Shown: piece after piece, positions 1-8,322 of the stretch | Numbering within the stretch: position 1 is the first letter of the stretch | Layout of the letters: each line of letters begins with the position of its first letter | DNA from: Acidimicrobiaceae bacterium | GTDB taxonomy: Bacteria; Actinomycetota; Acidimicrobiia; Acidimicrobiales; JAUTXP01 | Assembly: GCA_030837965.1 (NCBI GenBank) | Contig: JAUTXP010000051.1 | Span: 21,485 to 85,484, forward strand | Reading direction: 5' to 3' | Length of the DNA: 64,000 bases | Notes under the pieces: model-generated | Told to the model about the DNA's origin: nothing | Databases searched by the model: none | What the model saw: only the letters and a program-made list of their open reading frames with translations | Program-made: the position numbers and the translations under genes

Positions 1-613
1 TGACGCCGGGCGTGTCCGTGGGCACGAGGATCATCGAGCAGCCCGCATACGGGTGCACGTCCGGGTTGGTGACGCACATGACGACGAGGAAGTCGGCCAC
101 CGACCCGTTGGACGTGAACCACTTGTGCCCGTTGATCACCCACTCGTCGCCGTCCCGAACGGCCGTGGTCTTGATGAGGGTCGGGTCCGCGCCCGCGCCC
201 GGCTCGGTCATGGAGAAGGCGCTGCGCAGCTTGCCTTCGAGCAGCGGCTCGAGCCATTGCGAGCGCTGCTCCTCGCGGCCGCTGGCCTTGATGCCCAAGG
301 CGATGAGCTCGGCGTTGCCCGAGTCCGGCGCGTTGTTGCCGAACACGAACGGCGCCAGCGTCGACTGGCCCAGGATCTCGTGCATCAGCCCGAGCTTCAC
401 CTGGCCGAACCCCTGCCCGCCCAACTCCGGCTCCAAGTGGGCGGCCCACAGGCCGCGCTTCTTGACCTCCTCCTGCAACGGGCGCACCCCCCGCAGGAAC
501 GTGTCGTGGTCGAGGTCGAGCGTCTCCAGCGGGAAGACCTCCTCGCGCACGAACTCGCGCATCCACGCCAGCTTCGCCTCGAACTCGGGCTCGGTCGAGA
601 AGTCCCAGGCCAC
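1..613 (-). CDS. acyl-CoA dehydrogenase family protein, N-terminal part (gene continues beyond window start)
   Basis: Not in the ORF track because it has no stop in the window. My minus-strand translation from GTG at 613 reads VAWDFSTEPEFEAKLAWMREFVREEVFPLE...FSMTEPGAGADPTLIKTTAVRDGDEWVINGHKWFTSNG, a typical ACAD N-terminal and middle domain. GGGGGA lies about 8 nt upstream of the GTG. Confidence 0.75.
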   Translation of the reverse strand, partial: MAWDFSTEPEFEAKLAWMREFVREEVFPLETLDLDHDTFLRGVRPLQEEVKKRGLWAAHLEPELGGQGFGQVKLGLMHEILGQSTLAPFVFGNNAPDSGNAELIALGIKASGREEQRSQWLEPLLEGKLRSAFSMTEPGAGADPTLIKTTAVRDGDEWVINGHKWFTSNGSVADFLVVMCVTNPDVHPYAGCSMILVPTDTPGV

Positions 614-665
614 GTTGTGATCCCCCTGATGTCAGCGGTGCGGGCGCCGAAAGCGGCCGGCGGCT

Positions 666-1334
666 GTGTCAGCCTATGCCCGCATGGTGCTCGACCTTCT
701 CAGCGTGGCCGTCCTCGGCCTGGTCGGCGTGCGCCTGGCCACCATCGCCCGGCGGGCGGCCACCTCGCCCCAACTCCGGGCCCGCACGATCGAGATCGTG
801 CGCGGCCTGCGGCCCCGGCATTTCGTGCTCGTGCCCCTGGTGCTCACCGGCGTGGTCGTGGTCGCCGTCCTCGCCGTGCAGGTGCCGGGCCTGTCGTTCG
901 GCTGGTGGACGGCCATCGGCGGCAACGGCAACGTCATCGTTGGTTCGACGGGCCGCGACACCGGGCCCATCACTCGTCTGGCTCCGCTCGTCTTCCTCAC
1001 CGTGCTCATCCCGCTGATCCCGCTGTTGGCCGAGCGCGAGGAACGGGTGTTCCGATTCGGGGCCGAGGACTGGTCCGGGTGGCGGCGGGCCCGGCGGGCG
1101 GTGGAGTTCGGGCTGGTGCATCTCGTCATGGGCATCCCCATCGGCGTGGCCCTGGCCTTGTCGATTGGCGGCGGCTATTTCACCTGGGCCTATCTGCGGG
1201 GCTGGCGCCGAGCGGGCGGGCGACAAGTCCTGGGCGCGCCGGAGGCCGGCCTGCTGGAGTCGACCCGCGCCCACGCGGCCTACAACGGCACCGTCTTGAG
1301 CCTGGCCCTGGTGGCCCTCGCCTTCACGCGATGA
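666..1334 (+). CDS. CPBP family intramembrane glutamic endopeptidase-like membrane protein
   Basis: 222-aa polytopic ORF carrying the three CPBP motifs: EERVFRFG (EExxxR), FGLVH (FxxxH) and HAAYN (HxxxN). The start is GTG at 666, with an alternative ATG at 684. Confidence 0.65.
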   Translation: MSAYARMVLDLLSVAVLGLVGVRLATIARRAATSPQLRARTIEIVRGLRPRHFVLVPLVLTGVVVVAVLAVQVPGLSFGWWTAIGGNGNVIVGSTGRDTGPITRLAPLVFLTVLIPLIPLLAEREERVFRFGAEDWSGWRRARRAVEFGLVHLVMGIPIGVALALSIGGGYFTWAYLRGWRRAGGRQVLGAPEAGLLESTRAHAAYNGTVLSLALVALAFTR

Positions 1335-1942
1335 TGCGGGGCATGGACTGGGGTCGACGGAACAGGACGGGGGCGCTCGCCACCATGGCGGCGATCGCAC
1401 TGGCGGCAGGAGTGGTGGGCAGCGGCTGTGGCCGGTCGGGCTCGGCCAAGCCCAAGCCGGTGACGCAGCAGTTCCGCTCGGGTGCGGCCTCGCAGCCGGG
1501 CGGGGTGACGGTGACGAGCAACGCCTTCGGCGAGGGCGCCCACATCCCGGAGCGCTACTCCTGCAAGGGCGACAACGTGGCTCCGCCCATCACGTGGAAG
1601 GGCGTGCCGCCGGGCATGAGCAGCGTGGCCGTGGCCGTGACCGACCCGGACGCGCCCCGCGGCCTGTTCGTGCACTGGCTCGTCACGAGCATCCCGCCCA
1701 CGCCCACCGGCTCCCTGTCGCCCGCGGTCATGCCTCCCGGGGCCAAGGACCAGAAGAACAGCGCGGGCCAGGCCGGGTACACCGGCATGTGCCCGCCCGC
1801 GGGCCAGTCCCACCACTACCTCTTCGAGGTCATCGTCCTGCCCGGGCCCGTCACCCTCCCCGAGGACCCGGCCGCCGCGGTCAGGGCCCTGCGGGCCGCG
1901 GCGCGCGCATCGGGCAAGCTCACCGGCACCTTCGGCGGCTGA
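1331..1942 (+). CDS. YbhB/YbcL (PEBP, Raf-kinase-inhibitor-like) family lipoprotein
   Basis: This is the C-terminal 203 codons of track ORF 53..1942. It has a signal peptide plus lipobox-like GSGC, then DPDAPRGLFVHW and HHYLFEV PEBP motifs. The ATG at 1331 overlaps the upstream stop as ATGA. Confidence 0.8.
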   Translation: MMRGMDWGRRNRTGALATMAAIALAAGVVGSGCGRSGSAKPKPVTQQFRSGAASQPGGVTVTSNAFGEGAHIPERYSCKGDNVAPPITWKGVPPGMSSVAVAVTDPDAPRGLFVHWLVTSIPPTPTGSLSPAVMPPGAKDQKNSAGQAGYTGMCPPAGQSHHYLFEVIVLPGPVTLPEDPAAAVRALRAAARASGKLTGTFGG

Positions 1943-1997
1943 CGGCTGAGCGACTGACGGCCCGGCGGGTGACAGGAGACCCAGCCGGTCGAACCGC

Positions 1998-4883
1998 TCA
2001 GCCGGGGCGGGCGACGGGCGCGTCCGGCACCAGCAGCCTGCCGATGAGGGGCAGCTCCCAGAACGACTCGGCTCTGGCGATGGCGAAGGCCACGGGCACG
2101 ACGTGCTCTGGCGCGTCGTACACGACGTAGCGCGGCTCCCAGTCCGGGTCGAACTTGTCGTTGAACCGCCACAGCGACTCGATCTGCATCGACCCGGACA
2201 TGCGGCGCAAGGCCCACCGCTCGATGCGCGTCACCACGCCCGCGCCCACCTCGCCCGCCAGCACGCCCCGCATGGCCGCGAAGTTCAGCGACAGCCGGCG
2301 CGACCCGTGCTCGCGCAGATGCCGGATGGTCTCGACGATCACGAAGTCGAGCAGGCCGTTGGGGTGCTCGCCGCTGTCGCGGCGCATCAAGTCGAGCGAG
2401 TAGCCGTCGATGCCGGGGGCGGGCACGTACTGGCAGAAGGCCACCGGCCTGCCATCAGGGTCCGAGCACACGGCCAACAGCAGGCCCTCGTCGGCCGGGT
2501 CGAACAGCCGCCCGAGGGTCATCGAAAAGCCCCGCTCGACATCGCCCCTGCGGCTCAGGCCCATCACGTCGCGCACCTGTTCGCGCAGGTCGTCGTCGGT
2601 CGCGGACGGGACGTGGAAGCGAACCGTGTAGCCGTACTTGGCCACCCGGTTCACCGCTTGACGCAGGCTCTTGTGCCGCCCCCCATCGAGCGCGAAGCGG
2701 CTCACGTCGACCACGGCCTCGTCGCCCACGTACAGGTCGCGCATGCCCGCGGACCGGTAAATGGGAAGCCACGCATCGCCCGCGCCGAGCACGGCCAGCG
2801 TCCAGCCGTGGTCGTCGGCCCAGTGCCGGAACGCGGCCCAGGCCTGATCCCGCTCCCACGGCGGACCCACCGGGTCGGGCGACACCAGGCACACGCCGTG
2901 ATGGACGGCGTAGGCCACCACGGTCTGGCCCGAGAAGAAGAACTCCTTGTCGGACCGCAGGGCGAAGTAGTCGAGCGTGCCCGTCCCCCACGCGCTGACG
3001 ATGGTGCGGGCCCTGCGCTCCTCGTCGGCCGTGCCTCGACGGGACGCGGCCGGGCGGATGGCCAGCCAGGCCAGCCAGGCGAAGACGCCCAGGCCCATGG
3101 CCAACAGGGCCGGGCTGATGAAGTCGTCGAGCCGGTCGCTGAGGCCGACGGCGCGGATGCCGACCAGCCTGCTGCCCACGGCCACCACCGCGTCCCCCGC
3201 GGCAAGCCGCTTGCCCCGCGCCTCGGTCACCACCTCCAGCGCCGCCGTCGCGGCCACGACCAGTCCGGCCAGCAAACCCACCACGCGCACGACGGCCTGA
3301 CGCAGACCCACCCGGTCGGTCCCGGCCCGGAACAGGCCGCGGTGCACCAACAGGTACACGGCCACCGCGCCGGCCACCACCGCCTCCTCCACGTCCGCGC
3401 CCTTCACCACGTGCAGCAGGGCCGACCCGACCAGCAGGGCCAAGGCCACGCGGAACGCGTCCCGCTGGCCCCGGCGCACGCCGCGCGCCAACGCCAACAA
3501 GCCGAGGCCTGCCAGCGTGACCAGCGCGGTGGCCGTCTGGGGCACGGCCAGCGGCACCAGCCTGACCACGGTCCTGAGCCGAGCCTCCAACGGGGGCGTC
3601 ACCGCGGACAGGAGGTCGAGCACGCCCGCGGCGGCGATGAGGGTCGCGGCCCGGCGCCGCACGCGGGTGCGGGCGGCCAACGGGTCGACGGCCAACGGCC
3701 ACTGGTCGCCGTGCGGGAACGACGCCACCACCACGGGCCTGCCGCTGCCCGCCACGGACGGCGTGGCCAGCCGCTCCAGCAGCGTGGCGCCGGGCGCGTC
3801 GTCCTCGCTGTGCCACAGGCGCACGTGCAGTTCGGCGCCCGCCTCCACCTCGACCCATGACACGGTGCGCACGGGCACGAAGGCGGGCGGCAGTCCGAAG
3901 CGGCCCTTGCGCTCCTGGACCAGCTCGCCCGAAGGTCCGGCCGCGGCGAAGAAGCCCGTGCCCAGATGCACAAGCTCAGCCGCGGACCCGTGGCCCACGA
4001 TGAGCCCGTCGTGGCCTTGCCCGATCAGCTTGCGGGCCTCGGCCCTGGCCTCGTCGTTGCTGTTGAGCAGGCCCGCGGTCCCGCCCAGCAAGGCCCGCCA
4101 GGCCCGGGCCAACACCGCGGCGACCACGCCTGCCACAAGCACCAGGTCGACGACGGTCGCCGCGGCCAGCAGCGAGAAGCGGTTGGCCAGGGCGAACGAC
4201 AACGGCACCTGCACGACGATGGCCAACAAGAAGGGCACGACCGCTACCCAGGCCCACCGGCCCACCCGTCGGTACAACAAGCGCGAGGCCATGAAGCGGG
4301 GCAGCAGGCCCACGTCCTGGAGGCGGGTGGCGTCGTGGGCCCAAGACGCGGTGAAGGCGGGCAGCACCTCGGTGATGACGTGCACGCCGAAGGGCGTGTC
4401 GGCCGGACTGGGCGGATCGCTCGGCGCGAAGCGGGGGTCGAACTCGTGGCCCGCCTGGATGCGCACCTTGCGGGTGCCGCGGCCGGTGACGGCAGCCACC
4501 TCCACGCCGCACCCGACCGTGGCGCCGACGGCAGACGACAGCCCCTCCTGGGCCGAGCGGTCCCACGCCAGCTTGCGGTCCACCACGCCGGGGATGCAGA
4601 TCAGCCGATGGCCCTCTCCAGCGGCGAACTCGGCCAACGCGCCGGCCAGGCGCGGGTGGGCGGCCAGTGCGGCGGCGGGCGTGTTCTTGTCGTCGTTGAC
4701 CAAGTCGAACATCCCACCGGCCATGACGACGGTGGCGGGGCCGTCGCACGCCTTCACCGCGGCGGCCAACTGCGAGGCGGCCACGTCGGAGGCAGCCGTG
4801 GCCTCGCGGCCCAGCCGCAGGTCGGCGGCCACCAACAGACGCCCGCCCACGGGCAGCTCCACATGGACCAGGTCGGCGGGCAC
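1998..4883 (-). CDS. MprF-type aminoacyl-phosphatidylglycerol synthase (DUF2156/LPG_synthase_C C-terminal domain) with multi-TM middle and atypical N-terminal domain
   Basis: 961-aa ORF. The C-terminal ~330 aa (WGTGTLDYFALRSDKEFFF...LDLMRR...GLLDFVIVETI...SLWRFNDKFDPDWEPRY) matches the MprF/LysX synthase domain. The centre is hydrophobic. The N-terminal ~400 aa resembles a degenerate calcineurin-like phosphoesterase. Confidence 0.75.
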   Translation of the reverse strand: MPADLVHVELPVGGRLLVAADLRLGREATAASDVAASQLAAAVKACDGPATVVMAGGMFDLVNDDKNTPAAALAAHPRLAGALAEFAAGEGHRLICIPGVVDRKLAWDRSAQEGLSSAVGATVGCGVEVAAVTGRGTRKVRIQAGHEFDPRFAPSDPPSPADTPFGVHVITEVLPAFTASWAHDATRLQDVGLLPRFMASRLLYRRVGRWAWVAVVPFLLAIVVQVPLSFALANRFSLLAAATVVDLVLVAGVVAAVLARAWRALLGGTAGLLNSNDEARAEARKLIGQGHDGLIVGHGSAAELVHLGTGFFAAAGPSGELVQERKGRFGLPPAFVPVRTVSWVEVEAGAELHVRLWHSEDDAPGATLLERLATPSVAGSGRPVVVASFPHGDQWPLAVDPLAARTRVRRRAATLIAAAGVLDLLSAVTPPLEARLRTVVRLVPLAVPQTATALVTLAGLGLLALARGVRRGQRDAFRVALALLVGSALLHVVKGADVEEAVVAGAVAVYLLVHRGLFRAGTDRVGLRQAVVRVVGLLAGLVVAATAALEVVTEARGKRLAAGDAVVAVGSRLVGIRAVGLSDRLDDFISPALLAMGLGVFAWLAWLAIRPAASRRGTADEERRARTIVSAWGTGTLDYFALRSDKEFFFSGQTVVAYAVHHGVCLVSPDPVGPPWERDQAWAAFRHWADDHGWTLAVLGAGDAWLPIYRSAGMRDLYVGDEAVVDVSRFALDGGRHKSLRQAVNRVAKYGYTVRFHVPSATDDDLREQVRDVMGLSRRGDVERGFSMTLGRLFDPADEGLLLAVCSDPDGRPVAFCQYVPAPGIDGYSLDLMRRDSGEHPNGLLDFVIVETIRHLREHGSRRLSLNFAAMRGVLAGEVGAGVVTRIERWALRRMSGSMQIESLWRFNDKFDPDWEPRYVVYDAPEHVVPVAFAIARAESFWELPLIGRLLVPDAPVARPG

Positions 4884-4928
4884 GCGTGCAGCCTCGCGCT
4901 GAAGCAGGCACGAGTTGGCACCGCCCGG

Positions 4929-7900
4929 TCAGCGGAAGTCGCGCGACTTGGCGCCCGGCACCGACAGGGGCAGGGCCTCGATGCGGTCGGCGATGACGTT
5001 GACCACGCCGTCGGCCCGCTCCAGCCTCCCTTTGACCACCAGCGCGGGTGCGGCCTGGGCCGCCCGCCGATAGCGCGTCCACACCCCCTTCGAGCACACC
5101 ACGTTGACCAGGCCGGTCTCGTCCTCCAGGTTGAGGAACGTGGTGCCGCCCGCGGTGGCCGGGCGCTGGCGATGGGTGACGATGCCGCCCACGGTGACCC
5201 TGCGCCCGGCCTCGGCCGTGTCCAACGCGGCCGCGGGGAGGGCGCCCAACTCGTCCAGGCGGGGGCGCACGAACTCGATGGGCGACGTGCCCGGCGTGAT
5301 GCCGGTGGCCCACAGATCGGCCGACGCCTCCTCCACCGGCGACATGCCGGGCAGGGTGGGCGCCGTCACGCCGGTGACCACGCCCGCCAGCCGGTCGGGC
5401 CGCGACTGCGACACCGCGCCCGCGGCCCACAGCGCGCTGCGGCGGTCCACGCCGAAGCAGTCGAAGGCGCCCGCGGTGGCCATGGCCTCGAGCTGAGGCT
5501 GGGTCAGGCCCGCCCTGCGAGCCACGTCCTCCATGGACGCGTAGGGCCGTCCGTCCTCGATGCGCTCGGCCAGCTCCTGGCCGATGGTGCGCACGTACTC
5601 GATGCCCAGCCGCACGGTCGTCGGGTCGACGAGGGTGGCGGCCGCGGCCGACGCGTTCACGTCCGGGCGCAACACGGTGACCCCGTGCCTGCGGGCGTCG
5701 GCCACCAGGGTCTGGGGCGACCAGAACCCCATGGGCTGCGCGTTGAGCAGGCCCGCGAGGAAGGCGGCCGGATAGTGGTACTTGATCCACGCCGACGCGT
5801 AGACGAGGTAGGCGAAGCTCACCGAGTGGCTCTCGGGGAAGCCGTAGTTGGCGAAGGCCACGAGCTTTTCGTAGATGATGTCGGCCACCTCGCCGGTGAT
5901 CCCGTTGGCGGCCATGCCCTCGTACAGCCGGGCCCGGAGCTGCTCCATGCGCGCCGTCGAGCGCTTGGACCCCATGGCCTGGCGCAACTGGTCGGCCTCG
6001 GCCGGGGTGAAGCCGGCCACGTCGATCGCCATCTGCATGAGCTGCTCCTGGAACAGCGGGATGCCCAGCGTCTTGGCCAACGACTTCTCCAGCAGCGGGT
6101 GCAGGTAGGTGACCGGCTCGCGCCCGTTGCGCCTGCGGATGTAGGGATGGACCGACCCGCCTTGGATGGGGCCGGGCCGGATGAGGGCCACCTCCACGAC
6201 CAGGTCGTAGAAGCGACGGGGTCGCAGTCGGGGCAGCGTCCCCATCTGGGCCCGGGACTCGACTTGGAAGACGCCGATGGAATCGGCCCGCGACAACATG
6301 TCGTAGACGCAGTCCTCCTGCGGGATGAGGGCCAGGTCCACGTCCACGCCGTGGGCGTCGTGGATGAGGTCGACCGCGTAGTGCAGCATCGACAGCATCC
6401 CGAGCCCGAGCATGTCGAACTTGACCAGGCCCGCGGCCGCGCAGTCGTCCTTGTCCCACTGCAACACGGTGCGTCCCTCCATGCGCCCCCACTCAACCGG
6501 GCACACCTCAACGACGGGCCGGTCGCAGATGACCATGCCTCCCGAGTGGATGCCGAGATGGCGCGGGAAGTCCTGCACTTGCGCGGCCAGGTCGAGCACC
6601 AGTGCAGGGATCTCGTGGTCGACATGCTTGGCCGTCTCCGACACTGGGCCCCACGCGTCGACCTGCTTGGACCAGGCGTCCTGCTGGCCGGTGGCGTGGC
6701 CCAAGGCCTTGGCCATGTCCCTGATGGCCGACTTGGCCCGGTAGGTGATGACGTTGGCGACCTGGGCCGCGTACTCCCGGCCGTAGCGCTCGTAGACGTA
6801 CTGGATGGCCTCCTCCCGCCGGTCGCTCTCGATGTCGATGTCGATGTCGGGCGGCCCGTCCCGCTCGGGCGACAAGAAGCGCTCGAACAACAGGCCGAGG
6901 GCGACGGCGTCGGCGTTGGTGACGCCCAGCGCGTAACACACGGCCGAGTTGGCCGCCGACCCCCGGCCTTGGCAGTAGATGTCGGCCCGGTTGCAGAACT
7001 CGACGATGTCCCAGACGATCAGGAAGTAGCCCGCGAAGCCGAGCTGCTCGATCATGGCCAGCTCGTGCTCGATCTGCCGGTAGGCGCCGGGGACGCGCTC
7101 GTGCTCGGGCGGGCCATAGCGCCGGGCCGCGCCCTGCTGCGTGAGGTGGCGCAGATAGCTCATCTCGGTGAAGCCCGGGGGCACCGGATAGGGCGGCAGC
7201 TTGGGCGCCACCAGGCGCAGGTCGAACGCGCACGACAGGCCCAGCTCGACCGTGCGCTCCATGACGCCGGGGTAGCGGTAGAAGCGGTGGTACTGCTCGG
7301 CCCCAGCCCGCAGGTGGGCGGCCGCGCACGGAGGCAGCCAGCCGTCCATCTCGTCCAGGCTGCGGCGGGCCCGCACCGCGGCCAAGGCGTCGGCCAGCCT
7401 GCGGCGGGACTGGGTGGCGTAGTGGACGTTGTTGGTGGCGACCACCCCGACGCCCGCCCGCACGGCCAGTTCGGCCAAGGCGTCGTTGCGGGCCGAGTCG
7501 TAGGGCTCGTCGTGGTTCCACAGCTCGACGTAGACGTTGTCGACGCCGAACCAGGCCACCAGGTCGGCCAGCTCCCTGGCCGCCGCAGCCGGGCCATCCT
7601 GAAGCAAGGCCTGGGGGACGGTGCCTTTGCGACAGCCGGTCAGCACGGCCCAGTGCCCGCCGTGCAGTTCGGCCAGGCGGCTCATGTTGTAGGTCGGGTT
7701 GCCCTTCTCCCGCCCGGCCAGTTGGGCCTCGCTCACGGCCCGGCACAGGCTGGCGTAGCCCTGCGGGTCGCGGGCCAGCACGACCAGATGGGAGCCCTCC
7801 GGGTCGGCGAAGCCGTTCTGAGGCTCGGTCAGGCCGAGGGACAGCTCGGTGCCGAAGACGGTGGGCAGCCCGTGGGCCGCGGCCGCCTCGGCGAAGCGGA

Positions 7901-8291
7901 CCACGCCGTACATGCCGTCGTGGTCGGTGAGGGCCACGGCGTCGAGCTCCAGGCGCATGGCCTCCTCCACCAGTTCCTCGGGGTGAGACGCGCCGTCGAG
8001 GAAGCTGAAGTTGGAGTGGCAGTGAAGCTCGGCGTAGGGCACGGTGGTGCGCGACGGCCGCTTGGCTTGAGCTTGCTGCTTGGCTTGGGCTTGCTTGGCG
8101 GGGGCTTGCTGCTTGGCGGGGGCGGGGGGCTGGTAGGGCGGGCGCTTGCGGGACCAGGCCGGGCTGTCGCCCCCGTTGGCGTGGTCGGCCACCCGGCGCT
8201 GTGAACGCTGCTGGCCCGCGCTGTCGGTGCCGCTGGAGAGCTGCCGCTCAAATTCCCGCCAGGACAGATCAGGTCGATTGAAGTCGAACAC
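4929..8291 (-). CDS. dnaE2: error-prone DNA polymerase DnaE2 (ImuC), Pol III alpha family
   Basis: 1120-aa ORF with a PHP domain start (YAELHCHSNFSFLDGASHPEELVEEA) and pol III alpha core motifs. The N-terminus PDLSWREFERQLSG resembles mycobacterial DnaE2. A LexA box overlaps the GTG start. Confidence 0.9.
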   Translation of the reverse strand: MFDFNRPDLSWREFERQLSSGTDSAGQQRSQRRVADHANGGDSPAWSRKRPPYQPPAPAKQQAPAKQAQAKQQAQAKRPSRTTVPYAELHCHSNFSFLDGASHPEELVEEAMRLELDAVALTDHDGMYGVVRFAEAAAAHGLPTVFGTELSLGLTEPQNGFADPEGSHLVVLARDPQGYASLCRAVSEAQLAGREKGNPTYNMSRLAELHGGHWAVLTGCRKGTVPQALLQDGPAAAARELADLVAWFGVDNVYVELWNHDEPYDSARNDALAELAVRAGVGVVATNNVHYATQSRRRLADALAAVRARRSLDEMDGWLPPCAAAHLRAGAEQYHRFYRYPGVMERTVELGLSCAFDLRLVAPKLPPYPVPPGFTEMSYLRHLTQQGAARRYGPPEHERVPGAYRQIEHELAMIEQLGFAGYFLIVWDIVEFCNRADIYCQGRGSAANSAVCYALGVTNADAVALGLLFERFLSPERDGPPDIDIDIESDRREEAIQYVYERYGREYAAQVANVITYRAKSAIRDMAKALGHATGQQDAWSKQVDAWGPVSETAKHVDHEIPALVLDLAAQVQDFPRHLGIHSGGMVICDRPVVEVCPVEWGRMEGRTVLQWDKDDCAAAGLVKFDMLGLGMLSMLHYAVDLIHDAHGVDVDLALIPQEDCVYDMLSRADSIGVFQVESRAQMGTLPRLRPRRFYDLVVEVALIRPGPIQGGSVHPYIRRRNGREPVTYLHPLLEKSLAKTLGIPLFQEQLMQMAIDVAGFTPAEADQLRQAMGSKRSTARMEQLRARLYEGMAANGITGEVADIIYEKLVAFANYGFPESHSVSFAYLVYASAWIKYHYPAAFLAGLLNAQPMGFWSPQTLVADARRHGVTVLRPDVNASAAAATLVDPTTVRLGIEYVRTIGQELAERIEDGRPYASMEDVARRAGLTQPQLEAMATAGAFDCFGVDRRSALWAAGAVSQSRPDRLAGVVTGVTAPTLPGMSPVEEASADLWATGITPGTSPIEFVRPRLDELGALPAAALDTAEAGRRVTVGGIVTHRQRPATAGGTTFLNLEDETGLVNVVCSKGVWTRYRRAAQAAPALVVKGRLERADGVVNVIADRIEALPLSVPGAKSRDFR

Positions 8292-8299
8292 ATGTTCGA
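8284..8299. promoter_or_regulatory. LexA (SOS) box TCGAACACATGTTCGA
   Basis: Perfect actinobacterial-type palindrome TCGAAC-N4-GTTCGA. It overlaps the dnaE2 start codon (8291) and lies 23 nt below the histidine-kinase stop. Confidence 0.8.
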
Positions 8300-8322
8300 C
8301 CGTAGACCCTCCGTCTACAGCA

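Noticed and set aside
1944-2003. GGCTGAGCG ... CGCTCAGCC 9-bp inverted repeat between convergent PEBP and MprF-like genes as a terminator
   Set aside because: The 42-nt loop and lack of a T-tract make a terminator call weak. The 3' arm overlaps the MprF-like stop region.
3966-8204. 1412-aa plus-strand ORF, and similar giants at 2103-3860 (+), 48106-50985 (-), 52352-54169 (-), 36969-39137 (-) and 28963-31191 (+)
   Set aside because: These are antisense or off-frame to genes with clear catalytic motifs. Their translations are Arg/Gly/Pro/Ala-rich low-complexity strings typical of shadow ORFs in high-GC DNA.
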